Assembly: GCA_950097015.1 (NCBI GenBank)
Contig: CATNEN010000024.1
Coordinates: 1,612,001-1,676,000 of the forward strand
Direction of reading: 5' to 3'
Source of the DNA: Macrostomum hystrix
Taxonomy: Eukaryota; Animalia; Platyhelminthes
DNA: 64,000 bases
The notes below the pieces were generated by a model. It was not told the DNA's origin. It did not search any database and worked only from the letters and a program-made list of their open reading frames with translations. Both the position numbers and the translations under genes were made by a program. Each line of letters opens with the position of its first letter. Within the stretch, counting starts at the first letter, position 1. This document shows, piece after piece, positions 18,156 to 30,400 of this stretch.

Positions 18156-19256
18156 CTATTGAAGCATCACAGAAGTCCCAGGGCCAACCATTGCGGCGGC
18201 CAATTCGCTCTGGATTGTGTCCGCCGTTACCACGGACTCCGCTAACTGCTCTGTAGCCAAGCGCTCCTTCTGGCGCCGATTGCAGAACCAGTTGCGAATC
18301 ACTTCGAATGACAGGTTCAGCCGGCGGCTAAGGGCGATGCAGTCGGCCCGGCTAGGCGTCGGTGTGTGCAGAAAGTGCCGCTCCAGATGCAGCAGCTGCG
18401 TGCCGGTGTACCGGCAGCGCTTCCGCTTATTCTTTCGTTGCTTAGCAACAGATGGGTCGAAACCGATCGCGCCTGCATTAGCCGCGGCGGCCACAATACT
18501 GTCTGCAACTTCCGGGCCGCCGACTTCGCGAGCCTCAAGGTCGACAAGCCAGCGGCGGAGCAGGGGCCACATGGAGGCCATGTTCTCCAGGGACAGGTCC
18601 GCAAGCTCGAACCGACTGATCATGCCCTGGCTAGTGTTCCAGTTGTACAGCCTCTTCAGTGCCAGGGCGACGTCCAGCTGTGAATAGTTGAGCTCCTCGC
18701 GGCGGCGTCGGAATCGATAGCCGAAGGCTGCCAGTTCGGACATGCTGACACCCGCGGGCCCGGCAGCTTCGCTTGTCACCGCTGAGCCTGCACCAGCGGC
18801 ACCTAACGACCGCAGACGCGAGGCCACCGTAATCAGCTCGTCGACGCTGGCGTTTAGCAGCGGCTGCTGCTGGTCATTGTCACTGTTTGCGACTCCGCCA
18901 GCCACCGACTCCGATGCCTGCAGATGCGCTGCACCGGCGCGTGGCAACAGGAGGAACTGCTGCCTGTCCGCTGGGTATGGCCGGCTGCTTTTGGTGGGCT
19001 GCTCAGCTGGCACCTGGGCATGGCTGCCGCCGCTGAGCAAACTCATGATCAGGTGCTCAATCTGGCGTTGCGTGACTGGGCCGCACAGTGGTACGATAAT
19101 GTCTGGCCGGTAGGCTCTGCCTGAGTAGCGCAGGCGGAGCAGAGAGACCCCGGCGCTGTCGGCCAGGCCGAGCTGATCGCCGCTGGGTAGTGGTGCCAGG
19201 CGGCAGCCACCCAGGGCCTGCTGGGCCTTTGAGTTAGGCTTTACCGATTTGTGAGG
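18156..19256 (-). CDS. Divergent POU-domain transcription factor (POU-specific domain + POU homeodomain in one exon)
   Basis: POUs: ELAAFGYRFRRRREELNYSQLDVALAL..SQGMISRFE..LSLENM..PLLRRWL. Homeodomain ends IRNWFCNRRQKER. The frame stays open 70 codons upstream of ATG 19046 to a CAG acceptor at 19257; the upstream exon was not found. Confidence 0.9.
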   Translation of the reverse strand, partial: PHKSVKPNSKAQQALGGCRLAPLPSGDQLGLADSAGVSLLRLRYSGRAYRPDIIVPLCGPVTQRQIEHLIMSLLSGGSHAQVPAEQPTKSSRPYPADRQQFLLLPRAGAAHLQASESVAGGVANSDNDQQQPLLNASVDELITVASRLRSLGAAGAGSAVTSEAAGPAGVSMSELAAFGYRFRRRREELNYSQLDVALALKRLYNWNTSQGMISRFELADLSLENMASMWPLLRRWLVDLEAREVGGPEVADSIVAAAANAGAIGFDPSVAKQRKNKRKRCRYTGTQLLHLERHFLHTPTPSRADCIALSRRLNLSFEVIRNWFCNRRQKERLATEQLAESVVTADTIQSELAAAMVGPGTSVMLQ

Positions 19257-20133
19257 CTGTGGATTTTTTACTTCAATAAGTCAAAGAGCAGTAATGTTTA
19301 ATTTTAAAACTTAAAACTGACAAGCAAGATGATTCAGCATATTTTTTAACTATACTGCTTTAAAGCTTCATGAAGTTTGCACCAACTTACACCTTATTTA
19401 AAACTAAAATCAATCAAAAGAAGTTGTTACATAAATTAGATATGTCAAATTATATATGTACATTAAGAACAACAAACTTTGCAAAGAACAATTTAAGAAT
19501 TAAGTTAAGAACAATTTTACTAAAACAAAATGTTCTGTCAGTAGCATAAATGAATATAGTTATTGTAAAGTTGTTCTATAAATTAATACTTAAATACTAA
19601 TGATATTTAATTGTGATTTAAAACCGTGAATTTTGTTATATTTTATTTAATGATAAAAAGCTAAATAAAATAGAATAAAGAAAAGTAGGGGCCTTCCACC
19701 CAGGTAATAAAAAATCTGGCAACCAACAGAATGTATTCATAAAACATAGACTTTATCTTCTTTATTTCAATACAATTTTTAAACTAATTTAAAATGCTTA
19801 AGAGCTAGCCTAATCATTTAAAGCTGCAGTAAACATAACATTTACAGTTTACACTATGCAGTATGTAGGTGTATTATTCTAACATTTTAGAAAATAAAAA
19901 TAAATATGATATAAACTATGTATCAAAGCAAGCTCCAGACAAAGGTGTGCTATAAAGAAACTATGGTTATAATTTTTAAGAGCCCCTGTACAGTTTCCCT
20001 GAGTTTCTGATAACTATCTGAGTCGAAGGCTGCAGCAGATAATGGCAAAATGGCATTTGCACTGTAATACTGTATAATAGTTGAATTGGCCAAGTTCAAT
20101 CACGAAATGTCTCCAAAAGTATATAGTTCACCG

Positions 20134-21845
20134 GGTCCCAGGTCATTTTGGTGACAAGACATTTTGGTGACAGTCATTTCAGTGACAACTCTAGTCGTTT
20201 CGGTGACAGAATTGGTCAGTTTGGTGACAACTATTTTTGCACCTGAATATGCTGAGAAAACAGCCTTCCATGTTAACTATGCATAATAATAATAATTGCA
20301 GGAGGGCTGCGGGCAGTGGCACATCATTTGGTGACACTAGACCCGCAGCCAGCAAGGAGGCAATTCTGCCCATTTTGCTGACTCCTGAGCACACATGCAC
20401 ACAGATACTGTATGCAGGCATACACAGGTGTGTACATCTGCCCTGACTTTCTCATCGTCAGGCAGTGTACACTTCACTGTGCCTTGGAGGTTGGCCCTCA
20501 AGGGCATCAATTGCACGACAAGCCCCAAAGCCTTCTCTCCGCGGCTGCGCCCCAAATAAATGTGGCCTTGCCATGGAATCAAACTTAGGGAACGTGGTGT
20601 GAGAGGCAAACACATTAACCGCTCTGCCACTCACCCCCATTAACTATGCATACCTATTAAGTATGATCAAAAATGATGCACGAATTTGTTTGAATCAATG
20701 TTTGGTGCCAATGGCAGGTCTTCGTTTTTTAACTTTTTTTACTTGAACAAATAGCAAAATAGCTCGAGAAGATTCAAACAGTTCTGTCTTTTCTCTGAAT
20801 CAATTGTTGATTATTCTGATTTTAAGTCACATATAGAATGACTGTAGCAGTCTATACTATTAAGTCTGAAAAGGACAAGCAATCAGTATGTCAATTTTTT
20901 AGTTTGGTACTTGCTAAGTCTACTTCCTTAAAGTTAAGCTTGCACTATTGAGTAATTCTGCCAGAATTCTGGCACATGAGCTAATTCTGGCCACATTTGA
21001 GCAGTATACAGACTAGATGAATCTGTCTCTGTAGGAAGAAGAAAATTCACTAAGCTCTCCACAGATTGTTGCACAACATATGCATGGCAGCATGGTTGCT
21101 ATGGTTTTAGCTGGTTGAATAATGACAGTGAAATTAAATGTGAATAAGTAGCTTAATGCCAGTATCCAGTTATATTGCAGTTGCAGTTGCATTACTGTAA
21201 AAACAAACATATTAGGCCTATACATATTCAATTAGGAACAAATAACTATTGAAACTATTAACTAGGTGTACTCATTAAATTGTTTAATTTAAAGTAAAAC
21301 TCAGACTCAATCAGCAGCTTCTATGGTATTTTTCTTTGGACTTTTCTTTGGACTTTGGACTTTGGAGGTTTTTAACTTAAAGGTATAAATGCGCAAATAT
21401 TAGGGCATGTGCATGCAAAATAATAGAAACTCATAACTAACAATAGTTAAATATAATACAAATTTCAAGCTCCACATGAGGTTCTTCATATTGCAGTGTA
21501 TACCAAACTATAGGCCTAACAATTTGCCTTTCTAATGTTTTTTTAAACTAAGGGGTTTGTAGAAAATTTAAAGGGGTGTGAGAATTTTATAGTCTTTACA
21601 CATTTTTTTGTAATGAGAATTTTTGCGAAAAAAGCATGTGCTATATAATGAATAAAAAAATGTAAATTACTTTTGCAATTAAAAAATGAAACAGCATACT
21701 GACTTACTAAGTGGTAGTTAATACTACCTAACAATACTTAATAGGTGTGCGTAGTTCAAATAGAAGGCTGTTTTCTCAGCATATTCAGGTGCAAAAATAG
21801 TTGTCACCGAAATGAACAATTCTGTCACCGAAATGACCTGGAACC
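20134..21845. mobile_element. Unclassified non-autonomous TIR element (~1.7 kb) with nested SINE
   Basis: Left 20134-20268 and right 21763-21845 are inverted copies (GGT[C/T]CCAGGTCATTT..GGTGACAACTATTTTTGCACCTGAATATGCTGAGAAAACAGCCTTC). Flanks GTTCACCG / GTTCACTG form an 8-bp TSD with 1 mismatch. Confidence 0.8.
20286..20639 (-). mobile_element. Full-length tRNA-derived SINE (~355 bp) with 13-bp TSD
   Basis: TSD TTAACTATGCATA at 20273-20285 and 20640-20652; head GGGGGTGAGTGGCAGAGCGGTTAA; (ATT)n tail. Confidence 0.9.
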
Positions 21846-21978
21846 GTTCACTGGGATGCACTGCATTGTGGCTGGCAGAGCAGCTATCATAGCAATATGG
21901 TACATAAAGTAGCGTAGGTAGGAGAGTTGGAACAGGACTTCTGCATGTTTTTAATTTTGATATTCTATATATTTAAAC

Positions 21979-22524
21979 TTTTAAACTTTCCCCGACTTGG
22001 GATTTCCCGACTCCAATCCCGACTTCTAATGAAGACGCATTAGAAGTCGGGAATTCCCGACTCGAATCTGTAAGGGGGGACCATTACAAATTTTGCAAAT
22101 CCATTTCCGACTCGAATTACATATACTGGTATACCGCCTCGAATCCCGACTCGAATCTGTAAGGGGGGACCATTACAAATTTTGCAAATCCATTTCCGAC
22201 TCGAATTACATATACTGGTATACCGCCTCGAATCCCGACTCGAATCTGTAAGGGGGGACCATTACAAATTTTGCAAATCCATTTCCGACTCGAATTACAT
22301 ATACTGGTATACCGCCTCGAATCCCGACTCGAATCTGTAAGGGGGGACCATTACAAATTTTGCAATTTGGGAATTTTTTGGGAATTCCCGACTCCTAATG
22401 CAGACGGCAAACTTTGTAATGGTCCCCCCTTACAGATTCGAGTCGGGAATTCCCGACTTCTAATGCGTCTGCATTAGAAGTCGGGTTTGGAGTCGGGAAG
22501 TCCCGAGTCGGGGAAAGTTTAAAA
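21979..22524. mobile_element. Foldback/MITE-like element: ~115-bp TIRs with internal hairpins enclosing an 89-bp tandem repeat (x3+)
   Basis: 21979-22093 is the near-perfect reverse complement of 22410-22524. Each TIR has a 14-bp stem CCCGACTTCTAATG/CATTAGAAGTCGGG. Units start at 22059, 22148, 22237, 22326. Confidence 0.85.
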
Positions 22525-24422
22525 GGTCTATAATTGGCTAAGGCAAGCATTTGGTTGATTATTAAAGAAAAATCGCGTTTTAAATTACTGCTATTTCCTA
22601 GAAAAGAAGTAAAGCAAACAGTTCTAATGAGAAGCCAAAAATTTCGATGAATAACAAAAAATAAAAACGAAGTAATGTCAATGCTTTTTACAGAAAGAAT
22701 AAAAATGCTTCTTTGTCAAGAAACAAAAAATTCAGTCCGATGTGATGCCATCCTCGAAAGTTTTCGCAATATTTGTGCAATTTGTTTCTGTTAGAATTGC
22801 CGAAACTAAACTAAAACAAAAACTAAAAGCTAACCGAAAAATATTCATAGGCTTGGCACTCCTCAAAGCAATCAAAAACTTATTTTTTGTGGATATCATT
22901 TAATCTGGTCGGATTTAACATATCAGCAGATGGAAGATACTAAGCATGCAGATCCCAGCTTGGAAACACTACCTTATCTTTTGAAGTCAGCAATGGCCAT
23001 CGACGTCTTTAATACTTTGCTTTCGTTTAAGACATAAAAATTTATGATGATAGTGACGTAATGATACTGTAATGTCGCTTATGAGTTAGTCCAGCAGCAG
23101 TGCAATATATCATGCCATAAACGTTTCGTTCAAAGCGGGTGCAGGATTCACTGTGACTTCCAAAATTACAGGCAACCATGCAGCAGGCATTTTCATTTTC
23201 TATTCGTATACCTGGGCTCTATTGCTAACTGATGACGTTGCACTGCTGCCTGTGCGCCTTTCTAGACATCTCATTCATATACGATAAAAAGGCGATATCA
23301 AGTTGAGAATGACAAGCATAATTTAAAGATGATTGTGTTTCGCATTTTCGATACTTCAACTTACTATATCTATCGTATAAGTCTTTCTGTTTGCAAAAGT
23401 TCGCAAAAGTTCAAGCACCCCTGCACTCTTCGTATATCATTCTCAAAAATACTTAGCTGAATTATGGCTAGCTGTCCACTCTCTTGAAAACAAAATGCAA
23501 AATACACAGTAGATGAGCCACTGTTGCATGAAGCTATAAAAATGGTGTATCTATTCCTATATGAATAGGCGCATTGAGACACGTTTAATACACAGCTCAG
23601 GCAGACTCAAAGTCTTGAGAAAGAAGCAACAAAATTGTCTTCCCTGAAAAGTAATTATTCGTTTCATTCTCGCCCGCTCATAATGCATAAACATGAACTG
23701 AGGCTGTGCAAAACAAAAACTTTGTTCATATTCAAAAGCACCAAAGCGTGCTCGTCAGGCAGAAAATCATATGCAATTACGCCTAACAAGATGCTGTCTA
23801 TTTGCCTCTGTCTCTGCTAAGTGTTGAGAATGGTTCGAAGACAAAACAAAAGCGTTGCCAAGCGGGTCAAGTATATAAGCCGACAGGATTGTTGCTTAAT
23901 TTAGCAACACAGCCAAGGCAGGTCTCACTCCATTGACCAGTCTCACTCCACTTGCTAATGCTAAATTGCTTGTAGGCGGGCATTTTATTGTGAAATTTCG
24001 AGATGATAAAGATAATAATGGAATTTCATGTATAAAAACAGCATTCATATTTTCAGGCTAAAAATCAAACTTAGTGAAATCAAACTTATCACCGACATAG
24101 TATTGGTTTGATAGGCACTAAACTTTGTATATGTTTACCTAAGCTTACATCGGACGCATCAGAGCAAAGTACACTTTTTGTCTAATGTCTTTCTCAAAGT
24201 GACGCGCGTGAGTCTTGCTAGGAGAGAGAATCTGGATAAGGGGTGGGGTCTGCTAGCGAGAGCTACAAGATAAAAGCGATGCACAAATTAAGCTGTGAGC
24301 ACTCTGAGCTACTCTCTTAGTCAAACAACCAACTCACTGCAACCAACTAAAATTCGAATAGGTCTCAGACAATAGTCAAGCTCTAACGAACCACCAATTC
24401 AGAAAAATCAAAGGCCTCAGAC

Positions 24423-27400
24423 ATGGGAGGCCCACTGCTGTTTAGGACGAGAATCTTCCTTGTCGCCCTAGCGCTTCAGTTTGGTAAGCACGTCGCATTG
24501 CTCAGGACACGGTTTTATAATTACAGAGTCAGTGCAATGAACTCTGCATCATCGTCACATCGATTGCAGCTAATGGACAGGAGATGACAACGCAGCGAAC
24601 ACTTCCATCGCCAACGGCTTCTCCACCACCATCAAGTTCTCCAATCGGCTCTCCCTCAACACCAGGAAGCCCGCCGCCAATGGGCTCTACTCGACTGTCT
24701 GGAAGCCCGCCGCCAATGGGCTCTACTCGACCGTCTGGAAGCCCGCCACCAATGGGCCCTACTCCAACAACCGAAAGCCCGCCACCAATGGGCTTTACTC
24801 CACCATCTGGAAGCCCGCCACCAATGGGCTCCACTCGACCGTCTGGAAGCCCGCCACCAATGGGCTCTACGCGACCATCTGGCAGCCCTCCTCATATGGG
24901 CTCTACTCCACCATCTGGAAGCCCGCCACCAATGGGCTCTACTCGACCGTCTGGAAGCCCGCCACCAATGGGCTCTTCTCGACCGTCTGGAAGCCCTCCA
25001 CCAATGGGCTCTTCTCGACCGTCTGGAAGCCCGCCACCAATGGGCCCTACTCCACCGTCTGGAAGCCCGCCGGCAATGGGCTCTACGCGACCATCTGGCA
25101 GCCCTCCTCATATGGGCTCTACTCCACCGTCTGGAAGCCCGCCGGCAATGGGCTCTACTCCACCATCTGGAAGCCCGCCACCGATGGGCTCTACTCGACC
25201 GTCTGGAAGCCCGCCACCAATGGGATCTACTCCACCATCTGGCAGCCCTCCTCATGTGGGCTCTACTCCACCATCTGGAAGCCCGCCACCAATGGGCTTT
25301 ACTCGACCGTCTGGAAGCCCGCCACCAATGGGCTCTACTCGACCGTCTGGAAGCCCGCCACCAATGGGCTCTACTCGACCGTCTGGAAGCCCGCCACCAA
25401 TGGGCTCTACTCGACCATCTGGAAGCCCTCCACCAATGGGCTCTACGCGACCATCTGGCAGCCCGCCACCAATGGGCTCTACGCGACCATCTGGCAGCCC
25501 TCCTCATATGGGCTCTACTCCACCATCTGGAAGCCCGCCACCAATGGGCTCTACGCGACCATCTGGCAGCCCTCCTCATATGGGCTCTACTCCACCATCT
25601 GGAAGCCCGCCACCAATGGGCTCTACTCGACCGTCTGGAAGCCCGCCACCAATGGGATCTACTCGACCGTCTGGAAGCCCGCCACCAATGGGCTCTACTC
25701 CACCGTCTGGCAGCCCTCCTCATATGGGCTTTACTCCACCATCTGGAAGCCCGCCACCAATGGGCTCCACTCGACCGTCTGGAAGCCCGCCACCAATGGG
25801 CTCTACGCGACCATCTGGCAGCCCTCCTCATATGGGCTCTACTCCACCATCTGGAAGCCGGCCACCAATGGGCTCTACTCGACCGTCTGGAAGCCCGCCA
25901 CCAATGGGCTCTTCTCGACCGTCTGGAAGCCCGCCACCAATGGGCCCTACTCCACCGTCTGGAAGCCCGCCGGCAATGGGCTCTACGCGACCATCTGGCA
26001 GCCCTCCTCATATGGGCTCTACTCCACCATCTGGAAGCCTGCCACCAATGGGCTCTACGCGACCATCTGGCAGCCCTCCTCATATGGGCTCTACTCCACC
26101 ATCTGGAAGCCCGCCACCAATGGGCTCTACTCGACCGTCTGGAAGCTCGCCACCAATGGGCTCTACTCGACCGTCTGGAAGCCCGCCACCAATGGGATCT
26201 ACTCCACCATCTGGCAGCCCTCCTCATATGGGCTCTACTCCACCATCTGGAAGCTCGCCACCAATGGGCTCTACTCGACCGTCTGGAAGCCCGCCACCAA
26301 TGGGATCTACTCGACCGTCTGGAAGCCCGCCACCAATGGGCTCTACTCCACCATCTGGAAGCCCGCCACCAATGGGCTTTACTCGACCGTCTGGAAGCCC
26401 GCCACCAATGGGCTCTACTCGACCGTCTGGAAGCCCGCCACCAATGGGCTCTACTCGACCGTCTGGAAGCCCGCCACCAATGGGCTCTACTCGACCATCT
26501 GGAAGCCCTCCACCAATGGGCTCTACGCGACCATCTGGCAGCCCTCCTCATATGGGCTCTACTCCACCATCTGGAAGCTCGCCACCAATGGGCTCTACGC
26601 GACCATCTGGCAGCCCTCCTCATATGGGCTCTACTCCACCATCTGGAAGCCCGCCACCAATGGGCTCTACTCGACCGTCTGGAAGCCCGCCACATATGGG
26701 ATCTACTCGACCGTCTGGAAGCCCGCCACCAATGGGCTCTACTCCACCGTCTGGCAGCCCTCCTCATATGGGCTTTACTCCACCATCTGGAAGCCCGCCA
26801 CCAATGGGCTCCACTCGACCGTCTGGAAGCCCGCCACCAATGGGCTCTACTCGACCGTCTGGAAGCCCTCCTCATATGGGCTCTACTCCACCATCTGGAA
26901 GCCCGCCACCAATGGGCTCTACGCGACCATCTGGCAGCCCTCCTCATATGGGCTCTACTCCACCATCTGGAAGCCCGCCACCAATGGGCTCCACTCGACC
27001 GTCTGGAAGCCCGCCACCAATGGGCTCTACTCGACCGTCTGGAAGCCCTCCTCATATGGGCTCTACTCCACCATCTGGAAGCCCGCCACCAATGGGCTCT
27101 ACGCGACCATCTGGCAGCCCTCCTCATATGGGCTCTACTCCACCATCTGGAAGCCCCCCACCAATGGGCTCTACGCGACCATCTGGCAGCCCTCCTCACA
27201 TGGGCTCTACTCGACCGTCTGGAAGCCCGCCACCAATGGGCTCTACTCCACCGTCTGGCAGCCCTCCTCATATGGGCTCTACTCCCCCGTCTGGTAGCCC
27301 GCCGCCAATGGGCTCTACGCGACCATCTGGCAGCCCTCCACCAATGGGCTCTACTCGACCGTCTGGAAGCCCGCCACCAATGGGCTCTACTCGACCATCT

Positions 27401-30400
27401 GGAAGCCCGCCACCAATGGGCTCTACGCGACCATCTGGCAGCCCTCCTCATATGGGCTCTACTCCACCATCTGGAAGCCCGCCACCAATGGGCTCTACTC
27501 CCCCATCTGGAAGCCCGCCACCAATGGGCTCTACTCGACCGTCTGGAAGCTCGCCACCAATGGGCTCTACTCGACCGTCTGGAAGCCCGCCACCAATGGG
27601 CTCTACTCGACCGTCTGGAAGCCCGCCACCAATGGGCTCTACTCGACCATCTGGAAGCCCTCCACCAATGGGCTCTACGCGACCATCTGGCAGCCCTCCT
27701 CATATGGGCTCTACTCCACCATCTGGAAGCCCGCCACCAATGGGCTCTACTCGATCATCTGGAAGCCCGCCACAAATGGGCTCTACACGACCATCTGGCA
27801 GCCCTCCTCATATGGGCTCTACTCCCCCATCTGGAAGCCCGCCACCAATGGGCTCTACTCGACCGTCTGGAAGCCCGCCACCAATGGGCTCTACTCCACC
27901 ATCTGGAAGCCCGCCACCAATGGGCTCTACTCGATCATCTGGAAGCCCGCCACAAATGGGCTCTACACGACCATCTGGCAGCCCTCCTCATATGGGCTCT
28001 ACTCCCCCATCTGGAAGCCCTCCTCATATGGGCTCTACTCCCCCGTCTGGCAGCCCTCCTCATATGGGCTCTACTCCCCCGTCTGGAAGCCCGCCGCCAA
28101 TGGGCTCTACTCGACCGTCTGGAAGCCCGTTACCAATGGGCTCTACTCCATCATCTGTAAGCCTCTCGCTCATCTCAACAACATTAGCAACATCACCTGG
28201 TGTGTGTTCACCAACGTACTGTGCTCACGATGGAATCTGTCATGTCACTTCTGGCGGCCCGAGATGCAAGTGTTCTGCTTTGTATTCTGAACCGCGTTGT
28301 GAAACAAGTGAGTGTTAAGACTGCGATTTAGACATAAAGTAGAATTTTTAACGCTGGTCCAGTTGTAAAGCATAGGTTGGAAACTTCGTTTCAGGGCAAT
28401 CTAATTTTAAACTGCAAAGCAAGGTTCAGAGGCCGTTTGTCGCAGCCATGGCAGACCTGAGCAGTCCTGAAGCTAAGGCATTCATTGAGGAATTCATTCG
28501 ATTTGTGAGTGGAAGAGCATACTCGTACATTGCATTATTCCTTTTGGTATATTCAACAAACTATAGGACGTAGGAGTTAGGTGCTCTCTTTTTGAGATTG
28601 GAAGCCTTTGTAAACTGTGAACAATTATACAGCGCCTGAGCATTCTGATTTCAGCTTCTGAACTCCATCAGGAAGTCCAACAATCGTCAGCTTGCCGATT
28701 CTCGTTGCACTGTCAATGTTAGAGAGTTGCGCAGAGGATCGATCGTTGTCGACTATGACCTCACAGCAGCGACGGATATTTCAGCCACGGACGTGAGCAG
28801 CGACATTGACACTGGAATTAGGGCGTACTCAGCGTCAAACGACTCCAGCTCCAACATGACCGTAGAGAATACCACGGTAGCCCGTAAGCTCATAAAATGC
28901 TGGCATGCTGCATTGTAACGACGCAAATAAATTTCAAGCCGAAAGTCACATGCAACAACATTTTAGATGCAAACCTTTGCGACCGAAACGACACTTGCTC
29001 GCCATATGCCAGCTGCAATAGCTCCTCAGGAAACGTAAGCACAATGTGCCGATGCAACGACGGGTACCGGAGCGATTCCAACAATTCGTATCCAGGATAC
29101 CTGTGCACACAGACCTGCCGAGCCATTTCCTGTTCTGCTAATCAAACGTGCGTTGAAAACACCGGCAGAAATGCAGTCTGTACTGCGATGACTACCCCGA
29201 TTGGGTCTCCTCCGCCAAACTCAACTCCAATGGCAACCGGACCTCCACCGACTAGACCTCCCACGACTGGACCTCCATCGACTGGACGTCCTCCAACTGG
29301 ATCACATCCGACCGGATCACCTCCGACCGGATTACCTCCGACCGGACCTCCCCCGACAACTCCTATGGCGACTGGACGTCCTCCAACTGGATCACCTCCG
29401 ACCGGATCACCTCCGACCGGATCTCCTCCAACTGGATCACCTCCGACTGGATTACCTCCGACCGGACCTCTCCCGACAACTCCAATGGCGACTGGACGTC
29501 CTCCAACTGGATCACCTCCGACTGGATTACCTCCGACCGGACCTCCCGCGACAACTCAAATGGCGACTGGACGTCCTCCAACTGGATCACCTCCGACTGA
29601 ATTACCTCCGACCGGACCTCCCGCGATAACTCCAATGGCGACTGGACGTCCTCCAACTGGATCACCTCCGACCGGACCTCCCGCGACAACTCCAATGGCG
29701 ACTGGACGCCCTCCAACTGGATCACCTCCGACTGGACCTCCCCCGACATCTCCAATGTCGACTGGACGTCCTCCAACTGGATCACCTCCGACCGGATCAC
29801 CTCCGACCGGATCTCCTCCAACAGGATTACCTCCAACTGGATCACCTCCGACCGGACCTCCCCCGACAACTCCAATGGCGACTGGACGTCCTCCAACTGG
29901 ATCACCTCCGACTGGATCACCTCCGACCGGACCTCCCGCGACAACTCCAATGGCGACTGGACGTCCTCCAACTGGATCACCTCCGACCGGACCTCCCGCG
30001 ACAACTCCAATGGCGACTGGACGTCCTCCAACTGGATCACCTCCGACCGGACCTCCCCCGACAACTCCAATGGCGACTGGACGTCCTCCAACTGGATCAC
30101 CTCCGACTGGATTACCTCCGACCGGACCTCCCGCGACAACTCCAATGGCGACTGGACGTCCTCCAACTGGATCACCTCCGACCGGACCTCCCGCGACAAC
30201 TCCAATGGCGACTGGACGCCCTCCAACTGGATCACTTCCGACCGGACCTCCTCCGACAAGTCCATTGCTGACAGGAGCTCCAACGACAAGTATATTGATG
30301 ACAGGAGCTCCAACGACAAGTCCATTGCTGACAGGAGCTCCAACGACAAGGCCATTGCTGACAGGAGCTCCAACGACAAGTCCATTGCTGACAGGAGCTC

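Noticed and set aside
24656-28160. 1015-aa antisense and 968-aa alternate-frame ORFs
   Set aside because: Expected when a homogenised 36-bp unit lacks stops in those frames; only the PTS frame connects to signal peptide and EGF exons.
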